From: Lama glama
Lineage: Eukaryota
NCBI GenBank assembly: GCA_028534125.1
Contig: CM052817.1
Span: forward strand, 74,092,001-74,156,000
Length of the DNA stretch: 64,000 nucleotides
Reading direction: 5' to 3'
This document shows positions 37,451 through 51,025 of the stretch, piece by piece. Below the pieces are notes generated by a model, which had not been told where the DNA came from, ran no database searches, and saw only the letters and a list, made by a program, of their open reading frames with translations. Positions within the stretch are counted from its first letter, which is position 1, and every line of letters starts with the position of its first letter. The translations under genes were made by a program, and so were the position numbers.

Positions 37451-40400
37451 ATACAGCTAGAACTTTCAGTAAAATAATCTACTAGTTCTTCATATTAATA
37501 CTACTTTAAATTTTCCAGTAAGCTCAACATTCAGTGATAACTAGCCAAAACCAATGTTTCTCCCTTCTGAATTTCAAGTACTCATTGTCTGCTATAAAAT
37601 AACTACACACGTAAAACTTACATTTTTTTCTGCTATTTATTTTTGCATAAGTCCCCTGCCTCCCCCAACTCACCCCCATAGATGGTAAACTCAATTTATC
37701 CAATTGTTTAGGGTGGCTTGGCCTTCACTGGGAGCAACAGAGGGCAGAAAAGCAACAAACTCATAGGGCACAAATGCTTTTGAAGTCACCACAAAAGGAT
37801 GATGATTTCTACTAAGATCTGTCCTTAGTATGTTCCCCATGCAGTGATGACCACCATATTGAAAATGCAGATTCAAAAGAACATTTAGATTCTCACACAC
37901 ACTACAATAATCTACAAGGGGAGTTTGCAGTACCCACGAAATTCCCAAGTTCATGGACTTAACAGAATGTCCATTCTTTACAATTCAATTCCAACCCCTT
38001 CAGATAGCATCCTGGGCCCACTATGAAAGTTTTTTCTCAAACCGTCTCTAGAAATTTCTCCAAAGTAGAGAAAGTGAGGCTTTTGATTCACTCTTAATTG
38101 TAGATTATCATCTGTAAAATGTGGATTTCCTGTTATCATTAACATGAGAAGGGGGGCCCATAATGTGACAACTGGGCATGTGGTGAGCGCAGCTCAGTCT
38201 CAGCCCCTCTGTCTCCTGAGTTCATGGAATGCAAACACACTGGCAGCTTCCTTCTCATCTTGTTTGTTTCTCATAGTGTCACCCTTGAATTCAGTTTATT
38301 TTTTTTAATTAGCTAGCTCTAATGCCTATCTTTTCTTCAGTACACAGAATTTCTTTCTCATCAATGCTACAAAACAGAAACTGTATTTCATAAGTCTTTG
38401 CATCCCTCACAGGGGCTTCAGCACATAGTAGATGGCCTTTCATGAAGTCGGTTTTGAGCATTAAGTGTTAGGCACTCTTCTAGCTTTTTGGACAGACATT
38501 TTCATCAAAGCTCAGTATACCTGTATGCGTCTGAAATAAAACCATTGATGTGTAAACAATTCTTTTATAACTGTAACTGTATGAAGAATAATCTTCAATT
38601 TGCCAATATCAGAGATCACATGCTTCATCCATAAATTCAAGGGTGACACTAAAGATGAAGAGAGGGAGACGGCGGTGTTCTTACATTTCATGTGTTTCAT
38701 TTGCCTGCTACCTCTGTTTAAACTTATGCTGCCAAAGAACGTCAAAAGTTTGGCTCAGTGATGAGTCTTCTGCCCACAGTCGTTCAGCACAGGAAGGAAA
38801 GCTAGATCATGGATGATAACTCAGTGGCTTTCTTGAATGACACCATCTCACAGATACCAAATGAGCAGCTGTCACACAATCTGTGTTTAAATGAGTTCAA
38901 ATAATGGTATGGCTACTTAAGAGAATTCAGACAATCTGTGAAAATAAGGTGAATTTCCATGCTATCAAAGTTTAAATGAAAAGTAAAAATTACAATGTGA
39001 TCAGAAGTGGCCACTTTCTTCTATTGTGTCAAGGTAAAATCTGCAAATGGAGGTGGGATCTCAGGTTTTCAGATCAAAGAGTTGAAGAGCTAAATAGAGG
39101 TGGAAATTTCAGGTCCAAGTGAGGAAGCAATACTAATTTCTGGTTATACCAGGGATAAAATTTTCTTAGTATGATTACCACTATCTTATTAATCCTTGGA
39201 AATAATCATTTGGAAGTAAGTTATTTTTTGAGTAAGTCAAGAGGTGCTCAGATGCAAGCATGATGATCAAATGTATGATACTGTTCCGGGTCAAAACCAG
39301 TTTGAAAGCAATTTGCCAGCAAGCACATGATAATGGTTAAAGTTAAACCATTTGACCAAGTTCAACTGTATTGCATTACACAATTCTAAAATAATCTCCA
39401 CTTTTTCTAACCTGACATTTGCTCAGGTGAAGTTAATTCTGAATGAATTCTGTTACTGATACAGCAGAAAAACGCTAGCATCATCTTTACTTGGGATAAA
39501 GATGTACTCGTTTCCTCCCTTCCTTCATGAGCTTCCCTATTTCCTTCCACTCTTAAAAAAAAAAACAACTAAAACTAAAAATACAAAACTAAATGAAATT
39601 ACACAATTTTCATTTATTAAGCAAACCATGTAATATAGTCTTCACATGGATGTTTTACATATGAACAATTACACTGAGGATGGGCTTGTTTCCTTTGAAA
39701 ACATTAAACTCTTTAATTTTTATTCTTATATTATTGATGATATGTTTATAGAGTCTGGGAAACAGTGTCTTACCCAGTCACAGATATTATCTATTTCTCT
39801 CAAGCCTTCTCCACTGGTCAAAAGTATCCATCTTTCATCCTTTTTTCCCTTTTCAATACTTTGTCATGGGTTGAAAATTGTGTTCACTTTTACAAAAACT
39901 TACATTAATCATTCTCCATAAATAACTCAATTCATTTTCACACAAGAGGCTTTACAGGATGTTCTGTTCACCACAGCTGTCAGCCTCATACTGACTGCGT
40001 GGCCAGGCTTGAGAGCATGGGGGCTGCACCACGTTCTCACTGTGACTGCTCCCTGCTACCTCCATAAGCTGCACATATGGGAGCACACAATTAACCTAAT
40101 TACAGTTGCCCCCAAGATGCTTTCAGAAAGAAATTTTAAAGAAGATAATGGGAAAAGCATTTGAGAAAACAGGTTAAAATCCATCTTGGCAGTCATTCTT
40201 CTCTGCAATTTGCTCAAAGGTAGTATCAAGTCTATCAATAAATAAGTTTTCATAAACTGAAACAGCATAAGTTATCTAGAATAAAAATTTAAATTCTAAG
40301 GCATTAAGCATGAGATTTATAAGAGGGAAAAAGCTGCTTCTGAAGCTAAAATATTTCCAAAGTTTAGTTGACCCTAGGCCTAATCGTTTCCCTCTCTCTC

Positions 40401-42410
40401 TTGAATGACAATCTCAATCTCTGAAACTGAACATGGTGAGGCAATGCTGCCAACGTTATCATAACAGTAACAGAGTATTCATACAAAACAGATTGTACAC
40501 TACATCCTCATAATCAGTTTGTCAGCTCTGAGCAATAGCTGTGGTTATAAATGAGGTAGATTTTGCATTTTTAGGTCTGCTGTGGTGCAAGGATTGAAGT
40601 AGTTGGATTTGATTCACATACTTGGATGCAAAAATGGCAGCTTGTAAGTCAGATACTTTTATATTCTCATCAGCAGTTAATTATATTTCACAGCTAGAGC
40701 AAGCACTAGCCAAGTTAGGCCATGCACTATGCCAAGCCTTCTCACAACAGGGATGCCAACATTGAGTTCATCTGTTAATTAAAAATATATATATATATAT
40801 ATTTACTAGTCTCAGACATATAACAGTCAAATGGCACCATTCTAGGCAGGACTTTCAGCTCAACCAGTACTCAGCTCTTTTGTGACAAAGCTGGTCACTT
40901 CTAGAGAGAAAACTTTTCAAATAGAAAACACAGAAGCACTGAAAACCAAATTCAAAATAAAACTATCATTTCTAGAAAACTAAAGGCAAATTTGCACATA
41001 TGATTTGATTTTTTATCTCTATTTCTTATTACACAAGTAATACATTTAATAAAACAACACCATTTTTAAAATCTCCCCAGTAAAAAATACTAATTTAGGT
41101 TGTGTGTATTTGTGTACACTATTTCTTTGTAATATGAATCTCTGAATATATATTGTTCATTTTATTTTAAATTGAGTAGAAAGATAAGCAGATAAAGCTA
41201 GGTATATATAGTCATTGTTGTCAAAGTCAATAGTCTTATAGCATTTATTCTTCAATTTTCTTTACTTGTCTTAAAAAACACTTTTATAATTTGGGCATAA
41301 AATGTTTGGGAATTTGACTTAGCTGTCTAAGTCAAACAAATAAATTGATCTGAACTGTTCTAATTTTAGATATTTTAACAAATAAATTTCTAAACTTGCA
41401 TAAGAGATGTATTTTGACAATATATTTACTAATGTACCCCATTAATAAATGACAAATAAGCCACTACTCAGTACTCAAAATTTAAAATATCAGAAACCAA
41501 AAAATTGTTTTAATAAAATTTCAAATATTTTCCCTGAAGTGACCAGAAAATCTTTTTAAACTTTAAAAACTTTTTAACCTTTTAAAATCTTTTAAACATT
41601 AAATTATATTTAAAAGCAATTCATTGCTTATACTTAAGAAAAAAGAATGAAAATTAGTAACTTTTTGAAAAATTATATATATAATTATTACATGAAAATT
41701 CAGCGGGGAATGCAATGTCATCCATGGTAATTTTAAAACTATTCCAAAAATACACACAAAAAAGACATTAGAACACAAGATCAGTTCTGAAGGTCAAAGC
41801 ATATTCAACTCTGTTGAGCGTGATTTCCATCCTTATTCTCAAATTCCCACCCTATTTCCTGATTCCAGATTAAAAGTCAACTTTACATTAGCTTCAGTAT
41901 CTACAGGATCAGGTTAGTAACATTCAGGACTGACAAGAAGGAGTCATGATGTCGTCTAACAGTCCAGATCTAATTGCAAGGTCAAATTATTCAAAGGGGC
42001 TTCTGGGTGGTCAACATATCTATCACTTGGAAGAATTACAATCTGGGAAGATGGTAGGAAGTGAGGAGAAATGACCAGTGAATGTGAACTATACAGCTAC
42101 CAGCTACACTGATCACGTGACACCAAAAGAATAGGAGGAAAAAATCAGTTTTTTTGCTTGAAAGAAAAAGTCATAAATGACTAAATACAGAATTTGAGAT
42201 GGTTAATAAAAAAGTAAATGAAAAGTTATTTTAATATCCTTTCCTGCTCATTTTTAATAAAAGTATATATGTGAGAGAAAATAACAGACATATTACTAAA
42301 TCAAGTATAGTATCTAGAAATATTCTTTGTTTCCTTTGAAAAATAATTTGAGATTATCTTGTTGCACATTTTCACTTCTTGGAAAAATCAGTACTCATTT
42401 CAAGTTTCCT

Positions 42411-42581
42411 TAAACAACATACTGCATAGCACAGGGAATCATACTCAACATCTTGTCGTAACCTATAATAAAAAAGAATATGAAAATGAATATATGTATG
42501 TATATGTATGACTGAACTATTATGCTGTACACTAGAAATTGACACAACAGTGTAAACTGACTACACTTTAGTAAAAAAAAA
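42411..42581 (+). mobile_element. Short L1 3' end of intermediate age
   Basis: actgcatagcacagggaatcatactcaacatcttgtcgtaacctataat...agaaattgacacaacagtgtaaactgactacactttagtaaaaaaaaa. Confidence 0.88.
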
Positions 42582-44469
42582 CTTTGTTTGCATCAATATC
42601 ATTCACTTTATGTATTTCAATCAGTTGTTCCAACTTTCTTCATTTTCTTCTTTCTTGCCTTATCTTTTTGCTATTCCATCTTCCAATACTTATATAAAGC
42701 TAATCAAAGATCACTCATGGATATCCTTAAGCAACAGGAATATCAAGAAAGAAAGAGAAGCTGCTGTCATCAGATGACTTGCATATTAAAGAAATCTCAA
42801 GATGGTGCACTGTCACATTGTATTTTAAATATAAGGGCCTAATAGAGCTTTGAGCTAATACCGTCTTTCAGTTAAATTCATATAAAATGCACACACCTAT
42901 CTACTCTGTATTTAAATGTGTAAGAGTGTCTGGTGAAGAAGACAAAAGCTGGCCATTGGTAATTCCTCTGTTAAAGTACCTCAATAGCACCACCGTAGTT
43001 CCCAGTGTAGAATCCAATGCAGTCTTATCACTCTGCCTCCTAAAATCTAGGCCAAAAAAAAAAGCCCCACTGCTAATAACTAACTGCCCACCAGGCTGCT
43101 CAGGTGACTCCATATTTAATCAGCAAGACACAGACATATTAAATGTCTTAAAGTAGTACAATATTTACCTACAATTTAAGATTAAACAAAGGCTATGTTA
43201 TTTATGATAAACTAGGGCTATCACACAGGAAGGAACCTGCTTCATGCCAAAAAATGGACCAGATAAGGATTCTTTTTTTTAAAGTACAGATCAAGGCAGC
43301 ATTTAAAATAACAATAAAATATACTCAAGTGCATTTCACATTCAAGGTAACCACTAAAAGCTTTGTGAAACTTTCACTTGAGTTTTATACATATATAGCA
43401 CACTGTTTTTTTGTTGTTTTGTTTTATTTTAAACTGTGGATCGTGGGAAAAAATGTTTAATGAGCACTGGGTTCCATGATCCTATAAGAGAATCGTGTAA
43501 AGTTCTTTCCAAATCTGAATTTCTACATTTCTAAATGATTATAGCTAGTAAGGAATATGGAGAAAAAAACAAAACAGTTATTTCCAATACAAGGTTGAAT
43601 ATAATCCCCTACATTTGAGACTTCTCCCTCTTCAATATTCCAATGAATTTAAATTTAAAACATATTTCATTTACTTTGGATTTGTTTTTAATGAATAACT
43701 AGAGAGAGAACTTCAAATGTTTTATCTTGACAAATTAAAAATTCGTCCTATTCAAAAATTTACTACGCAGATGCATTGCTTTTCTGGCAATAGCCCTTGG
43801 AGAACAGAGTAAATGGAAAACTTATTAGATCATCCTCTCTTTGCAACTTACTATCATATTATCTTAACACTTGCAACTGAATTTTCCCTAGAGATACACC
43901 AGCCCAAATGCTCTCTTCTTTCAAACCCCTTCCTGAATATTCATTTCTTGCATAAAGTATCTTTACAAATTTGATTCACTCCATAGGCAGGAAATGTGTG
44001 AGCTTAAAATTCTACTAAAATGATTTTAAAAGTGCAATGTAAAACTGTAGCTAGTAGCTATGTTATGTTATCTTAATATTTTTCAATAACTATTTTTATG
44101 CAGAAAGTGCTTAAAAATATCAGTTTATTTCCTCTGGATAATATACACAAACATGAAGCACATGAAAAAGGATATACTGTCTTAGGATCCAAATCGAGGA
44201 GAAACATGAAAGTTATTCATGAACTTATTCATAAGTTAGATATCACTGGAATTATAAAGGATATTAATAGATGCAGCTCCAGGCACTGGCACACCAGTCA
44301 GGGCCAGTCAGCACCAGATATCTGGTAATATATTTTTGGTTAAGTGTTCAGTGGAACAGTTAGTTCACCTAGGTCAATAATTATTTTTTTTTAAGTAAAG
44401 AATAACTATCTATTTATCAAGGACACAATTACAATGAGTGTCCGCATCTCAAACATCGGCTGCATTTGC

Positions 44470-45030
44470 TTGTCTCACAGACATCTCAAACCAAACAAGC
44501 CCAAAGAACTCAGTCTTCCCCCTAAATCCTGCTCTACCTGGTATCTTCATTATCTTTCCAGATGCTCAGGATAAAAACAAAAAAAACTTCAGTGTAATTT
44601 GACTACTTTCTTTCATACCGAAAATCCAATCTGGAAGCAAATCCTTCAGTACATATATGGAAAAAAAATTTGAGGTTTCTACCCTGCCCCTCTCACTGCC
44701 CTTACCACAGAAGCCAGAATAATCCTGTTAACATGCCAATCTGATCATTGCCTCACTACTCAGTACCTCAGATGGCTCTCCAACTGCTCTGAGCAAAAGC
44801 CAAAATCCTGTTCATGGCCTACAAGGTCCCATGAGGTCCAGCTCTGTCCCCGCATTTATCTACCAGGCATCTCCCACCACCACTCCTCTCAGGCTCACGG
44901 TGCTCCATTCACACTGGCTTCTTTGCTGCTTTTGACGAAGGCCGGACAAACTCCTGCCTGTCTTTGCACTTGCTGTTTCCTCTGCCTGGAACTGTTGCCC
45001 CAGCTGTGGCTCACTACCTCATCTTGCAAA
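44470..45030 (+). mobile_element. L2 fragment
   Basis: catctcaaaccaaacaagcccaaa...agccagaataatcctgttaacatgccaatctgatcat...atggcctacaaggtccc...tttgcacttgctgtttcctctgcctggaac. Confidence 0.85.
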
Positions 45031-45039
45031 TCCCCACTC

Positions 45040-45225
45040 AACTTTTCACCTGTTTTTGTAAATAAAGTTTTACTTGAACGCAGCCATGTTCACTTGTTTA
45101 TTTATTTTCGTTCATGCTTTTAAGCCAGCACTGCAGTGTTTAGCAGTGGCAACAAAGCCCCTATCACCAGGAAACCGAAAATATTCACTATTTGGCCATT
45201 TACAGGCAAAAGCTGCTGACCTCTG
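45040..45225 (-). mobile_element. MER58A-like hAT-Charlie element
   Basis: cctgtttttgtaaataaagttttacttgaacgcagccatg...aaaatattcactatttggccatttacagg...gctgacctctg. Confidence 0.85.
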
Positions 45226-46444
45226 GAGCAGAAGTAAAAATTGTTGAAAGGGAGAAGATAGGTTGTGAGAGGCTAGGGTATGGTACCAACAATCTACATG
45301 GCTAAGTTAAGGCCACCAAGAACAACGTTAAGCAGTGGGGAAGAAGCGAATATAGCAAATCGGTTCCTATATAATACAATAAATGAGGAAGGAATCAAGA
45401 GAATGGTAGGAAACTGTGGCACTGAGAAGTATAGGATGTTGCAATCTGAGAAAACGTGCTTCAAAGATGGGGTGGTGGCAGGATGGAGGCGGGAGATACT
45501 GAGGGAGGAGGTAGTAACAGTGGTTTTATAAAACCAGTAAAAGCAAGAAAACACTTCTGCACCCCAGGTTCAGGGTTATGTGGAGGACAGAGAAAACAGC
45601 CAACACTTCCAGGTGCTACAGCACACTCCAGAGAAAGCCAGACTGCAGAGAGCTCAAGAAGAAACGAACACAGAGACAGCTAGGAGAACAGAGGGACCTC
45701 TGCAAAAATTATGACATCAGCTTTCCCACTTTCTAAATAAAGGGAAAAGGAAAACTAACAAAAAGTGCTCAAAGTTGGCAGTCTTCTCACAGTCTGAATA
45801 TTAAGTCAGCAGTTAATTAAACTGTTGAATATTTTCTCTTTGATAAATTTTCACATTTGTTTTTCTTTCTTAGAAAAGACATACTTTTAAATATATTAAT
45901 TTTTAAAGACCAAATTTAAGAAGTATGAGTTTCTATCATTTTATTACTATCACACTCCAAGAAGGTTCCAAATCTTATTAAAATGTTGTGATTTTAAATT
46001 TTTAGACATATGTCCTGTATTTAAAGCACCTAAATTATTTACAGGACAACAGTTAATCTGATTTGATTCTTTCATATCACAATAATTTTAATATCTTCAA
46101 TATTTAGCTCTAAGTTTTTCTTCCTGGTCCACATAGGAATGCTAGAAAAACAAATGAAGAATATACATTTTTGAATGTGTTCTTAATGAAAATAACTACA
46201 TGGCATTTTTTTCTGATGGAAACTGGTTTTGCCATCTCTTCTCCTAAGTAAAATATTATGTCAAACTGTATTTTAATACTGAACAAAAAGCATTAACACA
46301 GTTTTGAAATATATTTCAGATTTATTGGCAAATATTTTTATCTCTGTATTCATGACCATAGTCTTCAGAGATTATAAGCCCCTGGAATAAATGTTTAAGG
46401 AGCTTCATGATGTTGTACCTAACATTTTTAAGAAACAAATTATT

Positions 46445-46570
46445 TAATTTAAAAAAAATTGGGGGGGGGGATTAGGTTTATTTATGTTTAGAAGAGGTAC
46501 TGGGGATTGAACCCAGGACCTCATGCATGCTAAGCATGCCCTCTACCACTTGAGCTATATACCCTCCGCC
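46445..46570 (-). mobile_element. tRNA-Ala(AGC)-derived SINE (camelid vic-1 type)
   Basis: Reverse complement ggagggtatatagctcaagtggtagagggcatgcttagcatgcatgaggtcctgggttcaatccccagtacctc, then aaataaacctaatcccccccccc; Pol III A box and B box (ggttcaatcc) present. Confidence 0.92.
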
Positions 46571-46594
46571 AAAAATTCTTGATAGAGGGGAGTA

Positions 46595-46700
46595 GTTCAT
46601 TCTTTCAGTTATTCAGCCAATTTTCTTGAACGCTACATACTGGAGATATAATTGTGAACAAGTCATTGGTGGTCCCTGCCCTCATACAGTTTTCAGTCTT
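46595..46700 (-). mobile_element. L2 3' end
   Basis: ttcattctttcagttattcagccaattttcttgaacgctac...ggtccctgccctcatacagttttcagtct. Confidence 0.7.
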
Positions 46701-47054
46701 TAGGACACAACTTCCTTGCTAATTTTGTGATTCTGTAATTTCAGACGATTAGATTCATAGCTAAAGCATATCCAAGAGTTTCGTTTTATAGTTGTCTCAT
46801 TATCGCCTGTGGGAGCATGTGAACACAATGTGACTATGTGGCAAACAAGTCTAAACAGGCTATCAGTTATAACTAAATGCACTATAAAGTGCCTTCATCT
46901 ATCTGGGTTACTAAATCAAGTCTTTATCCACTGACCAACTCATTTCATTGAACATATTTCCCCAATTTTCTTTTTTTCCTGAATTCGCCTGCTCTCGAGA
47001 AATTTAACAAGTTATTTAACCTGAAAGATACATTTCCTAGTAAACATTAACCTA

Positions 47055-47590
47055 ACATCCGTATCCACAAGGCAGCCATCATTCCAAAATGCAAATCTGA
47101 TTATATCACCCTTGCCTAGCTTAAAATTCTTCAACAGCTTCCTAGTGATTTTATGCTAAGGAGCAAACTCCTTGACATTACCCATTTATCAAATAATTTA
47201 TCACCCCAACTGTGACACCGAGAGTGAAAGAAGGTGATTAATTGTTACATCAGTAAACCCTGGAAAAGAAGTCAGCCTGTTCACCCACCCAGAAGGCTCT
47301 ACTCTTCAATTTCCCTCACTCTCTCCCACCAGTTCCCTCCAGCAACAGAGGTCCTCTTTCAGACCTGGTACTCTCAGTTCCCTCCTGTAATAAGCCACAT
47401 CTTCACTGTAACCTTATCTGCCCTTCAGAATGTATTTTAAGCATCACTTCAGTAAAGTTCCCTCTGGCTCCCAAACTCTTATAGCACCTCCCACCTCTCC
47501 TTCATAGAACTGGTCACACTTGCAATGTTACCTTTGATCGTGTGATCGTTTGACTAGCACTATCCTTCTTGCTTAACAGCTCCGCTTGGA
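47055..47590 (+). mobile_element. L2 fragments
   Basis: ccaaaatgcaaatctgattatatcacc...cttaaaattcttcaacagcttcc. Confidence 0.65.
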
Positions 47591-47807
47591 TAGCTAGATT
47601 CATATGCCCCTAGAAAATACCTCCATAGCGTCAGACATCGCTGTTAAGAATATATACATACACTCCAAATAGACAAAAGGACAAATGCATGCCCTTGAAT
47701 ATCATAATGGGACACTAAATGGCTCATCCAGGATTATCTAATTCTCTAGCATATTATCTCTGCTCTGTTTTATTATTTATAGACTCCTAATTAGGGCCTA
47801 AAAAATA

Positions 47808-48003
47808 GTAAGCTATGGCCCTGGGTCAAATCAGGACAGCAACCTGTCTTTGTATACCCCATGAGCTAAAAATGGTTTCTACATTTTTAAGTGGCTGTAA
47901 AAACAAAATAAAACAAAAAGCAGATGAGATTGGACAGAGAACTTATATGGTCCACAAAGCCTAAAATATTTACTACTGTACAGAAAGAGTTTGTCAACCT
48001 GTG
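47808..48003 (-). mobile_element. MER58B/C-like hAT-Charlie element
   Basis: ccatgagctaaaaatggtttctacatttttaagtgg...tggtccacaaagcctaaaatatttactac...agaaagagtttgtcaacc. Confidence 0.8.
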
Positions 48004-48289
48004 GGTTAGAGTATTTCACTTGTACAACAAATGGTTCTGATCTGATAGCAATGCAGATGAGTACTGTATGCTACAGAGATGTAAATGGATTCCAAGGGTA
48101 ATAGTTTTATTGCCTGTAGAGCAGCAACCATTTTAGTGCTGTAGCGATCATACTCCAGAATTCTTTCTTTCCTCGACTATAAGTATTTGTTACTCCTCCA
48201 TGTTTTTGAACTAGCTTTGGCCTCCTGCTAGTTCCCTCGCTGATTAGGTAAATCTTTGCTATTACAGATGGACATGTAATAACTCTAAC

Positions 48290-48375
48290 AGATGTACAGC
48301 ACCACATTATATGGATGTACCACAATCTACTTATTCAGCCCCGATGGGGGACATTTGGATTGTTTCCAACCTCTT
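48290..48375 (-). mobile_element. Old L1 ORF2-end fragment
   Basis: atatggatgtaccacaatctacttattcagcc...gatgggggacatttggattgtttccaa. Confidence 0.65.
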
Positions 48376-49817
48376 GTTCTTCAGCCTTAGCACCACTGCC
48401 CACCCTTAGTGAGCTCCCCATTCTCTATTAACTACACATATAGCAGCACAGGAGCCAGTGTGCCAAGGCCTTCTTTGGTGCAGAGGTATTTCCCTGATGA
48501 TCTGTTGTTTGTACTTTATCTTCCAGACAAGCAGGCCTTCTTGCTGTTCCCTAAGAGACTTACCCTTCTTGACCTCTGAGACACAAGAGCTTCCTTCCCT
48601 GGAATGTTACCTATACCAGTCTCTACTATGAAAATCCTATCCATCCTTTAAGCTCAAATGCCATGGGCTTGACATGGACTCCCTTTATTTTCTGTAGTCC
48701 TTTAAGCCTCACTTCAGGTAAACTTAAGGAAAAGGCAAAGTAAAAATTACTCACTGAAGTAAAGATATGAAACGTCATCAATCTTGAATAAGTTTAATCA
48801 TTTTGGAACTAACACATCTTAAGATTTGTTTGCTACATAATCAGATACAGAAAACTGGAAATTATATCAAACTTCCATTCAGAGCCAAGGTGTACAATGG
48901 GAAACATGGCTTGAATGTTAACTGATGCAAAACAAAAACAAACAAATCAAAACAGAATCCTTTCCATCACCTTGTAGCATGCTTGGTATAAGGTAATGAT
49001 ATTTTTTTCAAATTGGGAAAAGAGAGAGAAATGAAGAATAAGAATTGCTGTTGTCCCTAAGTACCTTAATCAGTTAAAATGAACATTCCTACTCACTTAG
49101 TGGAAAAGTTGGCCATATTTTTTTGTGCTGCCTCTATATACATTAAGCAACTCTGTTCTTAATGTGCATTCTGATGGGAACTCTCATACAAATGAGACAG
49201 TAACACTGAGCAATCAACAAAGTGGTGTCCTACAAGCTGCTGAGCTCAGAATCTGATGCTGTATTTCTGGTCTCTGTATTAACTGTGACTAGCATATTCT
49301 GGCACATAGAAGACACTGGGTAAATGCTTATTAAAGGAATGAATGGATTCTGGCATTAGAGGGTTGGTTTAGGCTAAGTTAGTCTCCTAAACCATCTCTT
49401 GGAGAATGATAGGTCCAAATTTCTGTAATTACAAAATAAACAAAGTCAAACCTTGGACATGTGGTGACCCATAATCAACACACAAGTAGACTAAAACTTG
49501 CCAAGAAAGTTGACTTTCAATTTCTTACCAAACAATTAATGTCCTCTTAGCTACAATAATACTTATCAAACCCTGCCTTGTCCTGAAGTTTTTTGTATGT
49601 CCTTGATAGAAGCAAAGTCCTCTCCTCTCTCCAACCAAGCACATGGAATAATGAGAAGCAGCTATCTGCCTAGTCGGCCAGATGTCTGGTGATCAACGGA
49701 GCAGACACAGGAGTTGCTGCCAGATTAGGCTTATCTCTTAGTTATCTACATATGCCTTCTTTAACCCACAGGATGTGGGCAGGGAGCAAGCACTCAATAA
49801 GTAGTTGTTGGTGGCGA

Positions 49818-50700
49818 ATTCATTTACTCTTTGAGTATATACTTACTGCGTTCCTACTTTGTGTAGAGTGTGGTAGATACCAAGAATGAAGCAGGGAACA
49901 AAATGTGCCCAACCTTACAAAGCTCATGTTCAAATGTGGAAAGATAGCTCAGTGTCAATCAAATAGGCAAATATATACGAAAGAGGGTGATAAGTGCTCC
50001 AAAAAACAATAAAGCAGAGAAAGGGGGAAATAAACACCATGGAAGGGAAAGGGAGAGGGAGGGCGTTTGGAGAAAGCTTCACTGATAAGATGACTCTTAA
50101 GGAGAGACCAGAGGAAATAAACAGAGCCAGCCACAGGGATGGCTCTAAGGAAATCAGATGGAAGACAGAGGGAATACAAGATCCTAAGGGAAGACTGTTT
50201 GATATGTTGGCGAAACAGTGTGTCTGGAGTAGACTAAACAAGGGAAATGGTAGCAAGAGATGAAGTCAGAGGTGTGCATATAAATATGAGTGCGGGTGGG
50301 GGATGGATATAGGGCTTTACAGGAGGGTATCATGAAGGTTTTTGGCTTCTCCTCTGAGCTACATGGGAATTTACTTTAGGCCTCTGAGGAGGGGGTGGGC
50401 AATGTATTGAACACACTGTAAGGGGGCAAAGACAGAAACGTAGAGAAACTAACATAGAAAGTCAGGTGAAAGATAATGGAGTTTCAGACAAGGCTAGTGG
50501 CAATGAAGGTGCAGATGTGTTCACATTTTGAAAGCAGGGCTGACAGGAGAGGAGGAGAGGAGTCGAACATGACGTCAAGGGTTTTGTTCTGAGTAACTGG
50601 TACTTCAGAATAGGTGAAGCAGCAGGTTGAGGAGATGGGAGTAAACTTGAAATGCCAAACAGACATCTAAATGGAGAAATCAAATGGTCAGTAGATAAAT
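49818..50700 (-). mobile_element. L2 3' region
   Basis: attcatttactctttgagtatatacttactgcgttcctactttgtg; aaggtttttggcttctcctctgagctacatgggaa; gaaatgccaaacagacatctaaatggaga. Confidence 0.85.
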
Positions 50701-50784
50701 GAACTCATTCTTTAGCGAATGAAATCTACTCTTGGCTTACTTGAATGTAACACATTAAAACCAGGTATCAGAACATGATATACC

Positions 50785-51025
50785 ATGTTTGAGAGCAAGG
50801 CTCTGAAGTCAGAACACCTATGCTCCAATCCTGGTTCTGTCATTTATTAATAATTTGATCTCATTTACTTAATCTCTCTGGGTCTCAGTTCCTCAGTTGT
50901 AAATGAGAAGAATAAGAGAACCCTTCCATTGGCTTGTGACAATTAAAGGAGATAATATACATCAAAAGCTCAAAACAGTACATATTACCTAATAGGACTG
51001 GATGAATGCCATGTATTATTATCAT
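50785..51025 (+). mobile_element. MIR SINE
   Basis: gagagcaaggctctgaagtcagaac...ttacttaatctctctgggtctcagttcctcagttgtaaatgag. Confidence 0.85.

Noticed and set aside
41313..41336. Perfect hairpin tttgacttag-ctgt-ctaagtcaaa
   Set aside because: About one 10-bp stem is expected by chance in 64 kb of AT-rich DNA; too short for a pre-miRNA
43010..43046. Minus-strand acceptor ttttttttttggcctag followed by a short open frame (FRRQSDKTALD...)
   Set aside because: The nearest donor (GAG|GTACTT) is weak and the peptide is not recognised
44104..44324. 221-nt open frame between ttttatgcag and TG|GTAATA (KVLKNISLFPLDNIHKHEAHEKG...)
   Set aside because: Weak donor, unrecognised peptide and no partner exons I can support
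45521..45536. Perfect 16-bp palindrome tggttttataaaacca
   Set aside because: 8-bp arms occur about once per 65 kb by chance
46495..46567. Possible tRNA-Ala(AGC) gene
   Set aside because: Has an extra ta in the 5' part, a stem mismatch and a SINE-type tail; better explained as a vic-1-type SINE
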